Part shown: positions 1-12,420 of the stretch, one piece after another | How positions within the stretch are numbered: position 1 is the stretch's first letter | Layout of the letters: each line of letters begins with the position of its first letter | The notes under the pieces: model-generated | Database searches by the model: none | What the model saw: the letters and a program-made list of their open reading frames with translations, nothing else | Told to the model about the DNA's origin: nothing | Program-made: the position numbers and the translations under genes | NCBI RefSeq assembly: GCF_009914755.1 | Contig: NC_060936.1 | Origin: the human T2T-CHM13v2.0 reference genome, Homo sapiens | Length of the DNA: 64,000 bases | Strand: one strand, 5' to 3'

Positions 1-769
1 AATTCCTTTGTTGGCTCCAAAATTAAAACAACAATATCCTGAAAAATTGAGATTAATTGATATTTAATTTAAATATCTTTAAAATATAAAATTATATCAG
101 TCTACTGCAATTCAACTTGTAAAATTATAAATAATTTCATAAATTATTTTAATACATTTGATATATTATGGGGGTGGTACTTCCAAAGTAAGAAGCACTA
201 GATCTTTCAAATATCTTAAAATTTGGTGTGTGTGTGTGGGGATAGGGGTTGGGGGTGGCATAGGGTGCAGGGAGGAGAGGAAAAAGTTCTTAAAAGCTTT
301 TGGCCAAAATTAAAAGTGGTATTGTTCAATATGATAATTTTCAAGAAACTCATATGCAATTTCCAAAAGTGCTGCTAAAGACCAAATTGTTTCTTTTTGA
401 ACAAAGACCACAACTTAACTTTGAAATGATACATGGGATTAAATAGAAGTCGTGATGTACAACTCAAATAAGTTTCAGAGTTGGTAGTCATCATTCCCCA
501 AGCAATGAGTTAGAAAATCTATTCTAATAATCATCATGAACATATGTGCAGATGTGCTTTCCTTGAAAATCAGATACATTGAAATTGGAATTCACAAAAT
601 AGCTATGTTAAAGAGTTGCTTTATCAAACAATTCTTTGCTTTATAAAAGGGGTTTCTTGAAAATTAAGTCATTTTAAAGGAGCACACATGCTTGAAGCAT
701 TTGTTTAGAAGCCACTGTCTAATTGGAGGGGGAAGAGATGGGGAGATGATTAGAGAATCACAAAGTCCA

Positions 770-1084
770 GGCTGGGGGTGGTGTGGCTCACCCCTGTAAT
801 CCCAGAACTTTGGGAGGCTGAGGTGAGCAGATCGCTTGAGCCCAGTGGTTTGAGACCAGCCTGGGCAACATGGCGAAACCCTGTCTGTACAACAAACACA
901 AAAATTAGCCAAGCCTGTTGATGCACACCTGTACTGCCGGCTACTCTAGAAGCTGAGGTGGGAAGATCAGCTGAGCTCAGGGAGGTTGAGGCTGCAGTGA
1001 GTCATGATCACGCCACTGCACTCCAGCCTGGCCGACAGAGTAAGACCCTGTCTCAAAATGAAAACAAAACCACCACCAAAATGA
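770..1084 (+). mobile_element. AluJ-type SINE
   Basis: Dimeric Alu with J-type diagnostics (gatcgcttgagccc, gaggttgaggctgcagtgag), decayed A tail; perfect 18-bp TSD agagaatcacaaagtcca at 752-769 and 1085-1102. Confidence 0.95.
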
Positions 1085-1544
1085 AGAGAATCACAAAGTC
1101 CAAACCCAACGTGTCTAAAATTCAACCTGTTACCATCCAAAGCTGAACCTGTTGCCATCCTTCCTTACATCCTCTACTCATCCTATCCTCTTCCTTGCTT
1201 ACCTCAGTGCAAGACACTTTTGTTCACTCAGAGCCTAAGTCGCAAGACCCTCCCCCATCTCCCAGAAGTTCTCTTTGCTACTTCTTGCACAGTTACCAAT
1301 GAATTCTATTACCTGTGCCTCTCCCACTTGTCTTAAGTCTTGGAAGGAGATCTTTTTGCTATGTAGTTTTATTTCAGCAATCCTTTTTCCTATGGAAGGA
1401 TTTTTGCAATGAATCAGATGCTCCCAATATTTTCTTGCATTATCCTATAATTAATTCTTCCAGTTTTCTTGTAATGCAGATTATTCAGATTAGGAGCCAA
1501 GGCAGAGAGATTAGGGGCAGTGAAGGTTGGGATGTGTGAAGAGG

Positions 1545-1750
1545 TAATACACTAACATTTACTGAGTACCAGTTATGGTTGTGGCACTCTACTTGGTGCT
1601 TCGTATATTTTATCTGGTTTAATTCTTACAACCACTCTTGAGATAGAAATTATATCCCCTTTTACCAATGAGGAGGAAACTGAGCTTTAGGGGTTAAGAC
1701 ATGGGCTCAAAGTTGTATAAGCAGTAGGTGGTGAGGTTGGACTTGGGAGC
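1545..1750 (-). mobile_element. MIR SINE
   Basis: Reverse-complement MIR core (aacatttactgag...gaggaaactgag...ggttaag). Confidence 0.75.
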
Positions 1751-2459
1751 CTTCCTTCACTCTATTCCCTGTCAAGGAAACCAATGCTTAACATTAAAGT
1801 CTTTTGATTTCAATTCTAGTTTCCAAATGCCTTTATACAAGTATATACTTTTAATGAGTTAATATGTCTGGCAACAATTAGTAGAACGCATGTTTATAAC
1901 TAGTAATTGTTCTATTGATAGAGAACTCTATTTCAACATAAGGAATTTTGAAATGACTGTTTGCTTTAATTTGTTAAAATATTTCCTATTTCTTTGTTAA
2001 GGAGTATTGCTTCTCCAAAAAGGGCTCTAACAACCTCAGAGATTGCAATTCCTTACATGCAATGGAATGCCAATGGATTTTCAGTGGAACTTTTAAACAC
2101 AGGCATTAAATACATGAGGACACAGCCAATGGTGAGTAGCCTGGAAGCTTTCATTGTAAGGTCATAACACTAAACACCTACATAGAAATGCTCAGATTTA
2201 TAACTATAGACAATGTTAACAGAGCCAAGAACTTATTAATAGTGGAATTCACATAGTATGCATATAAACAAAAAGTAGATAAATACCAAGAAATGGATTA
2301 GGCCATAATAAGTGCTCAAAAATTGATTAACTGGATATTTATACGTCGTTTAGGAGCTCTTGTTAAGTGCATTTAAAAAAACAATCAGATAAAAGAAAGA
2401 CTCTTGAATGTTTAAAAAAATTGGAATTAGGGGAAAATTTGCCCCTTTTGTGGGTAAGT

Positions 2460-2625
2460 GAAAAGGTCCTAATTTTGGGAGCCTGGAGGTCTGTACCATC
2501 TTTGCCATTAACTCACCACATAAAGGGGAATGAGTCCCTTGAAAATGTTGATTCTCAATTGCCTTTTGGTAATTAGAAGGGGTTAGACTAATTCTCTGAG
2601 GCTCTTCCAGCTCTCACATTCCAAT
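2460..2625 (+). mobile_element. MIR3/MIRc fragment
   Basis: ggttagacta...ctctgaggctcttccagctct resembles the MIR3 3' end. Confidence 0.5.
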
Positions 2626-3823
2626 ATACACCAAGATTCAAATTTATTGTGACAGTTCTCTTCACCTCATAAAGAAAAAGATAATAATTCACTTCTTTCC
2701 ATATTCATGAAGATTAATGTCGTAACAGTACTCAGTCTTCACGTTCATTGTCTTTATGAATTGCAACCCCAGAACTTGTGCTATGCTGTATTCATGGAAA
2801 AACAAATGACTTCATGCATAATGAGGCTCATATCTTGCTAATCTGTCTTGTATAAACTAAGTCCCTAAGGTATAACAATCATTTTTAACTACACATTTGT
2901 TTAGATTTTCTGACATGCAACTGTAGTCATTTAAAAAGAGCTTATGCTTTTATAATACTGAAATAAGACATTGATTTGTTATTATTACTTTTCCGGAAAT
3001 GATTCCATCTATTTGCAAAACCGCAATTGAACTGAATCACCTTAAATAATGTAAATAGGTATCATGAATAAGGTAAAAATTCAGCTGCCCCTTAAAACAT
3101 GCCTTATTTTCTAGTAAATTTATGTTTATATGCCAATTAAGATGTGAGGTCAAAATTTATTTCATAACCCCAGAAAAGAGCTGACGAATTGTAGCTAGGA
3201 GTGCAAACTGCCAAACATAAGCTCTGACAGCTAAATGTAACCTCCTTCCCCTCCCTCCCATCCTCCCCATTCTGTTCTCTGTGCATGATCATGCAGAGCT
3301 CCATGGGGGAGGAAATGAAAGCTCTCAAGTCCCAGGCAGCCCCATTGAGACTGCTTCACAGGACATTTCTGAGGAGATTTTGTTTGTGAGCCACAGAATT
3401 GGATTCATAACAAGATCCATAAGCAGGTCACTGAGGGGGAAACAGAAGCCAGGGACTTGTAGGACAGACTAAAGTGCTCGAAAATTCTTTATGGAGGAAA
3501 GACTTCATGGAGTTGAATGAAGCAAGAAATAGGAGAGTGGACCAAGCAAAAAGATTGAGGTACAACTTGGCCTTATTTGATTTTTAAAATAGATCAATCC
3601 CCGTAAGTGTTGGGCAACTAAAAATAAAAGTTCTCTTCAGAAAGATCAGCCATTAGCAATTCCATTCCAGTAGGGCTAAAGCTGGGTCTCTCAGGTGAGA
3701 TTTCAGTTGGGCTTCCCATTATGGGCTCCTCTGTTTTGCTCCCTTAGGGCTACTTCTCATCGTAAACCTTTCACATTGTCCCTAACTTCCCTATTTTTCA
3801 ATATTCTCTTCCGTGTTGTCCAC

Positions 3824-5113
3824 TGTGGAGGCCAAAGCAACTCCATCTTGGAAGCTAATCTGTCCACCATGTTGGCTTCTGACTAATTCTTGTTCCGAGA
3901 AGGCCTTTAAAGCTTCCAGTTTGTCTACTGTTCCTTGTGTAAGAGCAGGTACTGTAAATCCTTCCCTTAGGTAAAATAATCTTGACGTTATCATTATCAT
4001 ACTTCAATTGCCCTATAAATCCCTTCTGGGTCATTCTTTTCCCTGTGGTCTATAATCCCTGGGTCTAGGGGGTAGTTGGGGGGATCCATCATCTTGTCTT
4101 GTAGCTGCCTGAGACCAGACATGGCCTCTGTTCATAAATCCCTATTAAATGTTTCTTCCTAAGAAACTGGAGGCCGGAATGGTCATCTTCCAGTAATTCA
4201 CCAAAATGACGAACACAAAGGAAAAGAGAAAAGGCATCTGTATATGTTCTGTATAACATGGAGTTGTTTAGAAACATGGAGTTGTTTGTTTGGCCACGTA
4301 TATGTGAATTTCTAAGAAAGACGATATTGTAGACATAAGGGAATGGGTACTGTTCAAAAAGGAATGCCCCACTAATGCTGCCATGGCAAAACCGGAACAC
4401 TCTATAGTGCTACCCAGCATGCTGTTGGCATTGTTGTATAAAAAACAAGTAAGGGCAAGATTCTTGTGAAGAGAATTAATGTGCATATTAAGCACATTAA
4501 GCACTCTAAGAAATGAGATACCTTCCTGAAATGCATGAAGGAAAATGATCAGAAAAAGAAGGAAGCCAAAGAGAAAGGTACCTGGGTTCAACCAAAGCAC
4601 CAGCGTGTTCTACCTAGAGAAATGCATTCTGAAAGAACCAGTGGGAAGGAGCCTGAGCTGCTGGAACCTATTCCTTATGAATTCATGACATAGTAGGTGT
4701 AAAAAATAATAATAATAGAAGACCTCTGGACTGCAAAAACGTTTCTCTTCATTAAGTAGAAGTGTGGTGTTCCATCCCCCAAATAAATATTTAAAGCAAA
4801 TTTTAATTGTGTTCTAATTCATTAATGTCTTTACCATTCAAATTTAATGTTTTTCTCACTGAAAGATGTGAGGTGGCTTATTGTGCAACAAATTACTCAA
4901 TTGGTTAGAAAATGGCCAGATATTATTTATGAAATATTTATACTGGTTTGAAGATAGTCCCTCTTGGGACTAAATCATCATGGAAGAAATAAAATAATTA
5001 CAGAAAAACCCCTAAAAAACAAAAAAACTGAATTTGTCAGCCTCTTTCTTTGGCCCCTCAGCTTCCTCAGACTTTTGGGGGTAGGTTTGCATAGACCTCC
5101 CCACTGCAGAACA
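3824..5113 (+). mobile_element. MER57-like ERV1 solo LTR, split by RPL21 retrocopy (LTR parts ~3824-4171 and ~5030-5113)
   Basis: TG...CA termini (tgtggaggccaaagcaactccatcttgg ... gcagaaca), TATA at 4051, ATTAAA at 4144; LTR resumes tttgtcagcctctttc after the retrocopy. Confidence 0.8.
4172..5027 (+). pseudogene. RPL21: Processed pseudogene of 60S ribosomal protein L21 (disrupted CDS ~4206-4693)
   Basis: 5'UTR catcttccagtaattcaccaaaATG; recognisable [52 protein letters not shown]; intronless; frameshifts and stops; AATAAA at 4988; A-rich tail 5004-5027; degenerate TSD aagaaactgga/aaaaaactgaa. Confidence 0.95.
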
Positions 5114-6239
5114 CCCTCTATGAACATTAGTAATATTTCACATTTTATCAAAGACCTCTTTATCATTTTGCCTGAAGATTCCGACTACCCATCAGCCATG
5201 TCACTTAACAAGAGAACCTATTATACCCTAATTGTTTCCCCATGAATATGAATGCAGTATGCAGTTTGTGGAACAGAAGATAAATGTCCCTCAAAACTGA
5301 GCTCAAGAAGCCTTCTTAGAAAGTTTTTCTGACCAGTGTGGCTGCGGGCTCGAGGCCATGTCGGCTCCACCTGCCCAGAACCCATCTGCCACCAGTGCCG
5401 GCTTGGAAGACAGGCTTGCTGTCTTCTCTGGGTCTTGGGAAACCTGTACGTCTTAGGACTCGTTCAGGATGAGCATGTTCTGCCCAAGGACTTCTTCAGG
5501 AAAGGCACTCCCTCCCAACTAAAGGAACGTTCCTCAAAGCAATCTGAGAAGCGCATCCCATCCGTTTCCAGCTGGGTGGCCGCAGACACCTCAGGCTCCC
5601 GCCTCCCTGCATTTTCATGCCCCACAGCAAAAAACATGGGGGGTATTTCTTTCCAGTTATGCCCTGAGCCAAATGTTGAGCTTTTCTGCCCAAGAAGGGC
5701 AAAATTCTAGCACCAGCAGGGGTGCAACCCAAGGGGTGGCTAGGGTTCTCACTGCCCTTGGCCATGGGGCAGGCTGGCCTAGACAGAAGGAGGATGTTTT
5801 CAGGGTGGAAGTTTCCCCCCACCTAGTCCTGAAGACATAAGGTGCTGTAGCACCTGTGTTCCCATGAGGCCACCGTGGGCCACTCATGACTTCAAAAGGC
5901 CCTCGAGGCTCAACTAAGTGTGCTGGTTTCATTCTGAACATGCTGCTCTAAAACACATCCCTGCTGAGCCACAGGAGGATCAGATACTGTGAGCTTCTGG
6001 TCAGTTGATGTTCAAGAGCCAGGGCATGTAGGGAAGACTCCAGAACTCCTAACTCTTGCTAACCTTACATCTGGGATTCTTACGCCCTCAGCTGAAGAAC
6101 TCGATGAATTTCAACTTCGAAGAGGTTCTTCTAACAACTTGGCCATTTCAACCAGGCTTTGCTAAAGTCCTCTGAAATTGGGGGACTGAAAGCCAATTAC
6201 TTGGATCACAAGTTGCCTGTGAAATCTGCAAGGACCTGC

Positions 6240-6667
6240 TGTCAGGGCTCATTAAACCCCAAAGTATGGCATCTTGGCATGCAGACTACTCTGACCCAGA
6301 GGAGACTGGAAGGCCTTAGTAGCCAGGTTTTGTCCTTCCCTCCTGGTTCCTGCCCCTTTTACTCCCCCAAAGTGAGTCACAGAAACCAGAATTATTTTTC
6401 CCCAAGGCAGGTCATAGAAACTAGAACTCCTCTCTCCCAAAGCCAGCCATAAAACATAGCAAGGTCACTCTCTCCCTTCTCCCTGGAAGACCTTCATTCC
6501 CGAGGGGTCCTGCCCCATACCCAGGGGAAGGGGAATTGTACAGAACAGCCTTGCTGGGATTCCTCACTCCGTCCGTCACTGTTAGGCCAGATCCTTTGTG
6601 TCCAATCACATTTCTGCATGGCTATTCATTCATCAAACCTAAACATAAAAATAAAGGTTTTCCTTTT
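6240..6667 (+). mobile_element. MER31A-like ERV1 LTR, 3' truncated
   Basis: accccaaagtatggc...gtcatagaaactagaac...ggggtcctgccccatacc...gtccaatcacatttct; related to the copy at 55422. Confidence 0.7.
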
Positions 6668-6706
6668 GGGGGAGGGGGTGGTGGTGGGGGGTGGGAGGGG
6701 GTGGGG
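6668..6706 (+). repeat. G-rich tract with G-quadruplex potential
   Basis: Six runs of 3 or more G with short loops. Confidence 0.7.
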
Positions 6707-6739
6707 AAGTTTCTCTGACCTCTTCAGGGAGCGTAATTG

Positions 6740-6960
6740 TAAGAGCTACATTTATTAAGGTACTTACAGTGTTCTAGTCACCAAAATTTTGATGCATTAA
6801 GTCACTGAAAACTTAGAATGGCCTCATGAGAGTAGTACTATTATTGTTTCCATTTTATAGATGGGGAGGCTGAGGTACAGGGAGGTTAAGAAATGTGATC
6901 AAACTCACATAGCTGGTAGGGGTAGGGCCTGGCTTTCCAACTACACTGGTTTAGAGCCCT
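6740..6960 (-). mobile_element. MIR SINE
   Basis: ccattttatagatggggaggctgaggtacagggaggttaag MIR core. Confidence 0.8.
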
Positions 6961-7374
6961 TTCTTCTCCTCTGCCACTTGGATGCTAGACTTAACTCTTG
7001 ATTTTGGCCTGGTGTCACCTGACTTGTCATTGGAAACTCTTCTCAGTTTTGGTGACCTAGCTTTTGCGTGAACCACTTGGCTCATGGATTCCATGTACAT
7101 TTGGATTTGTTTTCAGATTATTTTCTTGGCTTGGTGATATAGCATTGCCCATGGCTAAAATTAAACATGACCCCTTTTTTTCTCTTTCCTCCCTTAGCTT
7201 TATATTATTGCCTGGCCCAACTGTATAAGGGAGCAAGTTTGGATAGGATCCATTCATTCCCACTTTCTAGGGCAGAATGCTGGCAAGAACATGATCAGAG
7301 TTGGGTCAGATGATTTGATTTCAGTGTTGAGCCAAATGACTTAGGATTGAGGATGGAGTTCTAGAACCTGTCCG

Positions 7375-7505
7375 CCTAACTGAAGGCACCATGAGGACAT
7401 GTACTGTCTCAGCTTTGTTTACCTTTATATCCCCAGCACTGGCATGGTACTTGGCACATACTGAGTGCTCAATAAATGTTTATTGAATGAAGACATGAAT
7501 TAATG
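7375..7505 (+). mobile_element. L2 3' end
   Basis: tggcacatactgagtgctcaataaatgtttattgaatgaa. Confidence 0.75.
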
Positions 7506-7658
7506 ACTGAAGAGGAGGAGGCAATGGTATTGGGCGGACTATGGGGTGAGGTGTCAAAATAAGGCCACTTAGATGCTTAGGCTCAGTGCCTTATCAACCA
7601 GGTGCCAGGTCTGTTGGATAAATCTGGCAGATTATCCAGCACTGTGCAGTGAAAAGCA

Positions 7659-7672
7659 CCACCAGATGGCGG
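7659..7672 (+). promoter_or_regulatory. Candidate CTCF site
   Basis: CCACCAGATGGCGG matches the core CCASYAGRKGGCRS; motif only, binding not shown. Confidence 0.55.
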
Positions 7673-7907
7673 AAGACCCTGGATATACTTCCTGCTCCTG
7701 GTGTAGTCTAGTGTAACCGAGAGCAAACGGGTTTGTGGGTAGACTTTGTAGAAAAGACAAAGTTAGGAGAACTGGTCAAAATTCCCTAGTCTGCCATTCT
7801 TAGAAGCAGAAGTCTGAGGCAGGTCTCTTGCAGCTGTTTTATAGTCTCCCTTTAGCTTCTTTACAGGCAAGGCTAATCATTTGCTTCAGCCTTGCATGGA
7901 AGCCTAG

Positions 7908-8256
<349 letters not shown>

Positions 8257-8405
8257 GCCCCATTTCTTTAACTCAACAAGGCACTGTGTACTGAGGTAGC
8301 TGGGAATCTTCCTTAATCAGCTTCTATCATCATGCTACTGAAAACCATCACTGCTATCACTTATTGCCTTCTGTGGCCTCTCACACTCTCACTAGAGATC
8401 ATGTC

Positions 8406-8782
8406 TGTATTAGTCTGTTCTCACACTGCTATGAAGACACACCTGAGACTGGGTAATTTGTGAAGAAAAGAGGCTTAATTGACTCACAGTTCCACAGGCT
8501 GTATAGGAAGCATGTTTGGGGATGCTTCAGGAAACTTACAATCATGGCAGAAGAAGGGGAAGCCAGCACGCTGTCTTACATAACAGGAGCAGGAGGAAGA
8601 GACTGAAGGGGGAAGTGCTGCACACTTTTAAACAACATCTCGTGAGAACTCACTATCACAAGAATAGCAAGGGGGAAATCCACTCCCATGATCCAATCAC
8701 TTCCCACCAGGTCCCTCCCCCAACATTGGGAATTACACTTCAACATGAGATTTGGGTGAGGATGCAAATCCAAACCATATCA
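8406..8782 (-). mobile_element. MSTA-like MaLR solo LTR
   Basis: tgtattagtc...ccatatca termini; perfect 5-bp TSD atgtc. Confidence 0.9.
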
Positions 8783-8787
8783 ATGTC

Positions 8788-8880
8788 TTATTTCATATCT
8801 GTATCCTCAGTGCCTAGCGAAGTGCCCGGCTTTGGATAGAGTTGATGTTCAAGAAATGCTTATTTCTTGAATAAATGAAT
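8788..8880 (+). mobile_element. L2 3' end fragment
   Basis: tgtatcctcagtgcctagc...gaataaatgaat. Confidence 0.55.
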
Positions 8881-10164
8881 GCATGGGAGACATACGACGT
8901 GGGCACATACTGATAGGGTCAATAGGGAAAGTGCTAAGCATTGTGTGTCTCTGACACCAACTTTTTTTTTTTTTGCATGCAAACATATCACCATTTCTAT
9001 TTTTATTCTCCATTTTATGTTTTGTAAATTGAGTTCTCAGGACTTTTTATTTCATTCTTGTATTTTATTACTATGGATATATTTTGTGCTTGAATAAAGG
9101 CAGGCATTAAAGATATTGAGAATTTTAACTACAAATTTTTTAATAAACAGGGAAATTTTGCATTTCACCCTTAGAAATACAAATCTCGAGAGAAAACCTG
9201 GGGTGAATAAGTAGAATGGATCATCTTGATCCTTCCAAAAATAAAAAATTAAAAAAACTTTTAAGCCTTATTCGTTTGACTTATGATGTTGAAATTATGA
9301 CCCAAAATATTAACTTGTGTTATTACCATATATATTTTTTCAGTTAATTCAGCCTGAACAATGAATTTGGATGATTAAATTTGCATGCCTGAATATGAGG
9401 CCCACTCTTGAATATGAAAAATACCGAGGGACAGGAATAGCAGAGGTAATTAAAATGATCCCCAGACCTATACCTCTAATTTCAATAATTTATCTCAGTA
9501 TCTCACACTAAGATTTTTAGTAACAGGTAAGCAGTCAACTGACTTGAGTGCCGTCTTCCCTAGTCCCCGTTCACCCTCCCACAGAGGTCCTGACCTGCAG
9601 TGCAGTGGTCACAGCTTGGCAGTGGGAGCTACAACAGGAAACAGATTCCAGTTAGTTCACACATTTCCCAGTCAGCTCCTGGAATAACTGAGAGTCAGCT
9701 GTAACAAATCTGGCTTTTATCTCAGAGGCAAATAATGCCAGGCATCAACTCTGTATTTATTTTCTCTCTCAAGACCATCCCCCACTATAATATTTCATTT
9801 CTATTACTTTAAAAATAATCAAATAAAAATAAACCTTTATTTTTTCTGGCCCCAAATACCTTGCCTTTTATCCAGAGAAATAAAAATCTTAAGAGCAGTT
9901 TGGCAATAGAGCATATTTTTTGGATTTAAGTGTGACACCTGGGATGAGTATATTTATCTTTTTTTCTGACTTGTTTTGCATTTAAGAAATGAAAGAACTG
10001 GTTCTGATTCATTACTTGCAAATACACTGGAGATTTACTGCTCTGTCAGGATAAATTATTTTACGTAATGAGTATTTGCAATTGTGCCTTCCCCTTGCCA
10101 TCCATGGAGGAGGGACTTTTTTGTTCTCTTGGCCTGGAAACTGGGCCTCGGTTGTGCCGAATGA

Positions 10165-10173
10165 GGGGCGGGG
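10165..10173 (+). promoter_or_regulatory. GC box (Sp/KLF motif) within a small CpG cluster
   Basis: GGGGCGGGG with neighbouring CpGs; motif only. Confidence 0.35.
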
Positions 10174-11099
10174 AGGCGAATGGTAGCAGCCAAGTTGCAA
10201 ACAGGGCAGATTACTCTAAGTTAGAAAAGATGAGGGAGGAGAAGAGTGGACAAGGAGATTCAAGGGCAGAGATGCAGGAAGGGAGGAGAAATATGGGGAG
10301 GGGAAGAGGATGATGAAGAGTTGCTGATAGTGAGACTTTGGATGCATTATGTGCTGAGTCTGGATTCCAGGAAGTCCAGCTTTATGCAGGTTATGCTACT
10401 AAACATAGAGGGTTCAGCATTTATAAGAGTATGACCATTCTCACTATAAATATATACAAAATCTTCATGACTTTTTTACTCATGTCTTTTCTGTAGTGTA
10501 TTTTTGCATTTTTTAAATTCTGTTGAGCAACTCAAGCAACTTAAACAACAATGATAGATATATTGCCTTTATAACATACAATTCTATTGAGGGTGAAATT
10601 TAATTTTTATAGTCTGGCATTAGAGTGGCTTCTTTCAGGAACTAAGTATACTTTCTCCTTTAACATATTTATATATTTATAAATTTTTATAAGTCGAGAA
10701 ATCTTCGTTAAAAAAATCAGCTAAGTCCCAGTCTGTACTCTGAAGGTACTATTACACAACAACATTAACATAATTTTGATACTATTCTAATGTGAATATC
10801 TTTTCCTTTTCCTTTTTTTAATTAAAAAAACAGATTCCAGGGTTTTTTTTTTTGCACTGGTTTCTAACATAATTTTAAAAGTCTGTTTTTATCGTAGTTT
10901 TAAATTCGTCCCTCCTTGTCATTAATTTGTTTGTTTCAGGGAGGGTATTTTTGCTCTTGCTACTGCTTGTTATTACATTCTGTAGGTTTCTATGCAATAA
11001 GTTAGCTTTTGTCTAGTGCGCAGCATAGGGCTTTGTTTACAGCAGAATAAATGTTAGTGTACTAACAGCGTTCCCTAACTACTTCTAGGGGACAATGGG

Positions 11100-11603
11100 T
11101 ATGATGGCTTTTTCATATGTCAACTTGGTGAGGCTGAATTATAGTCCCTAGTTATTCAATCAAACACTAATTTAGGTGCCACCATGAAGGGATTTTGCAC
11201 ATTAAAGCCTCTAATCAGTTGACTTTAAATTAATCAAGAGATTATCCTGGGTGACCTAATTAGGTGAGCCCTGTCAAAGAAGCCATCCCTTGTGCTTAGA
11301 GACTGCAAATGGCTGCTGGGTCCACAATTCATCTCCCCCTACTCTGAATCATGGGGTTCTAGTCTGCTTATTACTTTCCCTACCTGATGGCCAATAAGCC
11401 TCAGCCGTGCCTGTGGAGTTCCAACCTACTTATGATCTTTCCTTCCCAACTGCCTGTGGAAGGAGCTTTAGCCTGTGCCCATGGGTAACTGCTTTCTCAT
11501 TTCTTCTCTAAATGTCTAGCCTATGAACTTTTATAAACTTTAGACTTGTTTAACCACCCTCATGATGGGGTAAACCAATTCCTTGTAACAAATACATATA
11601 CAT

Positions 11604-11647
<44 letters not shown>

Positions 11648-11685
11648 CTACTGGTTCTGCTTGCTTGGTTGAACCCTGACTCAGA
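11100..11685 (+). mobile_element. MLT2-family ERVL LTR
   Basis: tgtcaacttgg...ttattcaatcaaacactaat...aaccaattccttgtaa...ctactggttctg...gaaccctgact. Confidence 0.75.
11605..11644. repeat. (CA)20 microsatellite
   Basis: Direct count, inside the MLT2 3' region. Confidence 0.95.
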
Positions 11686-12291
11686 GAGTGGGTATCTGAT
11701 TCCTTCTCTTTTCTCCCCAGTGACTCTCATTAAGTTTAGTTCTCAGTAAACTTAACTGAGAGTGAATGATTTCTGGAATCTTCTAGGTCTGAAATGCAGT
11801 CTGCCTACCTGAAGTATAATTTTAATAAACTTATAGGCTTTGGCCAAACTAGCATACCTTGAGTTCAGTGTTTCCCTTTTCATTTCAAATGTTTTCCTTT
11901 TTAATTTTTTTGTTTCCCCCCTTCTTTTGATAAAAGGAAAACAGCTAAAGATTTTGAACATATTTGTCCTAGTTTCCCTCTCATGTGAGCAAGGAGACTG
12001 TGGACCTAGAAGGGACTGCTCCTGTTGGAGCTCCAAACAGCTCCATCTCAGCCAGTGAAAGATGCTTGGGGGTTGAGGGCTGATCTTATCCGAGGGTGCT
12101 GGGACAGGAGGGTCTGTGTCATGTACTCCCATCTTTAGTGGGAGGTCAACATTCTCTCCAGCCCCCTCACTTGTCCTGTTGAGGAGATAAGGATAAAGGG
12201 CAAATAATAAAGTCACTAAATGGGTGGTATGGAAAGTAAGAAATATAGCTTTTAATTGGAGGAATGGAGAAATTGGAAATAGTAACAATAT

Positions 12292-12420
12292 CTTTCTGCC
12301 TGTCTGCTTTCTTTCCTTCCCTCCTCCTTCCCTCCCTGCCTATTTTTCCTTCCTTCCTTCCTTCCATCCTTCCTTCCTTCCTTCCTTCCTTTCTTTTTCT
12401 CCCTCTCATATTTTTCCCTC
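12292..12420. repeat. (TTCC)n / pyrimidine low-complexity tract
   Basis: Direct reading. Confidence 0.85.

Noticed and set aside
664-1158. ORFs over Alu elements (also at 7.9, 15.9, 39.3, 48.3, 61.4 and 63.6 kb)
   Set aside because: Typical Alu-derived translations
4089-4600. Minus-strand ORFs of 103 and 110 aa
   Set aside because: Antisense shadows of the RPL21 pseudogene
5336-5941. Overlapping ORFs of 94-124 aa
   Set aside because: Expected in a GC-richer patch; no domain or splice support
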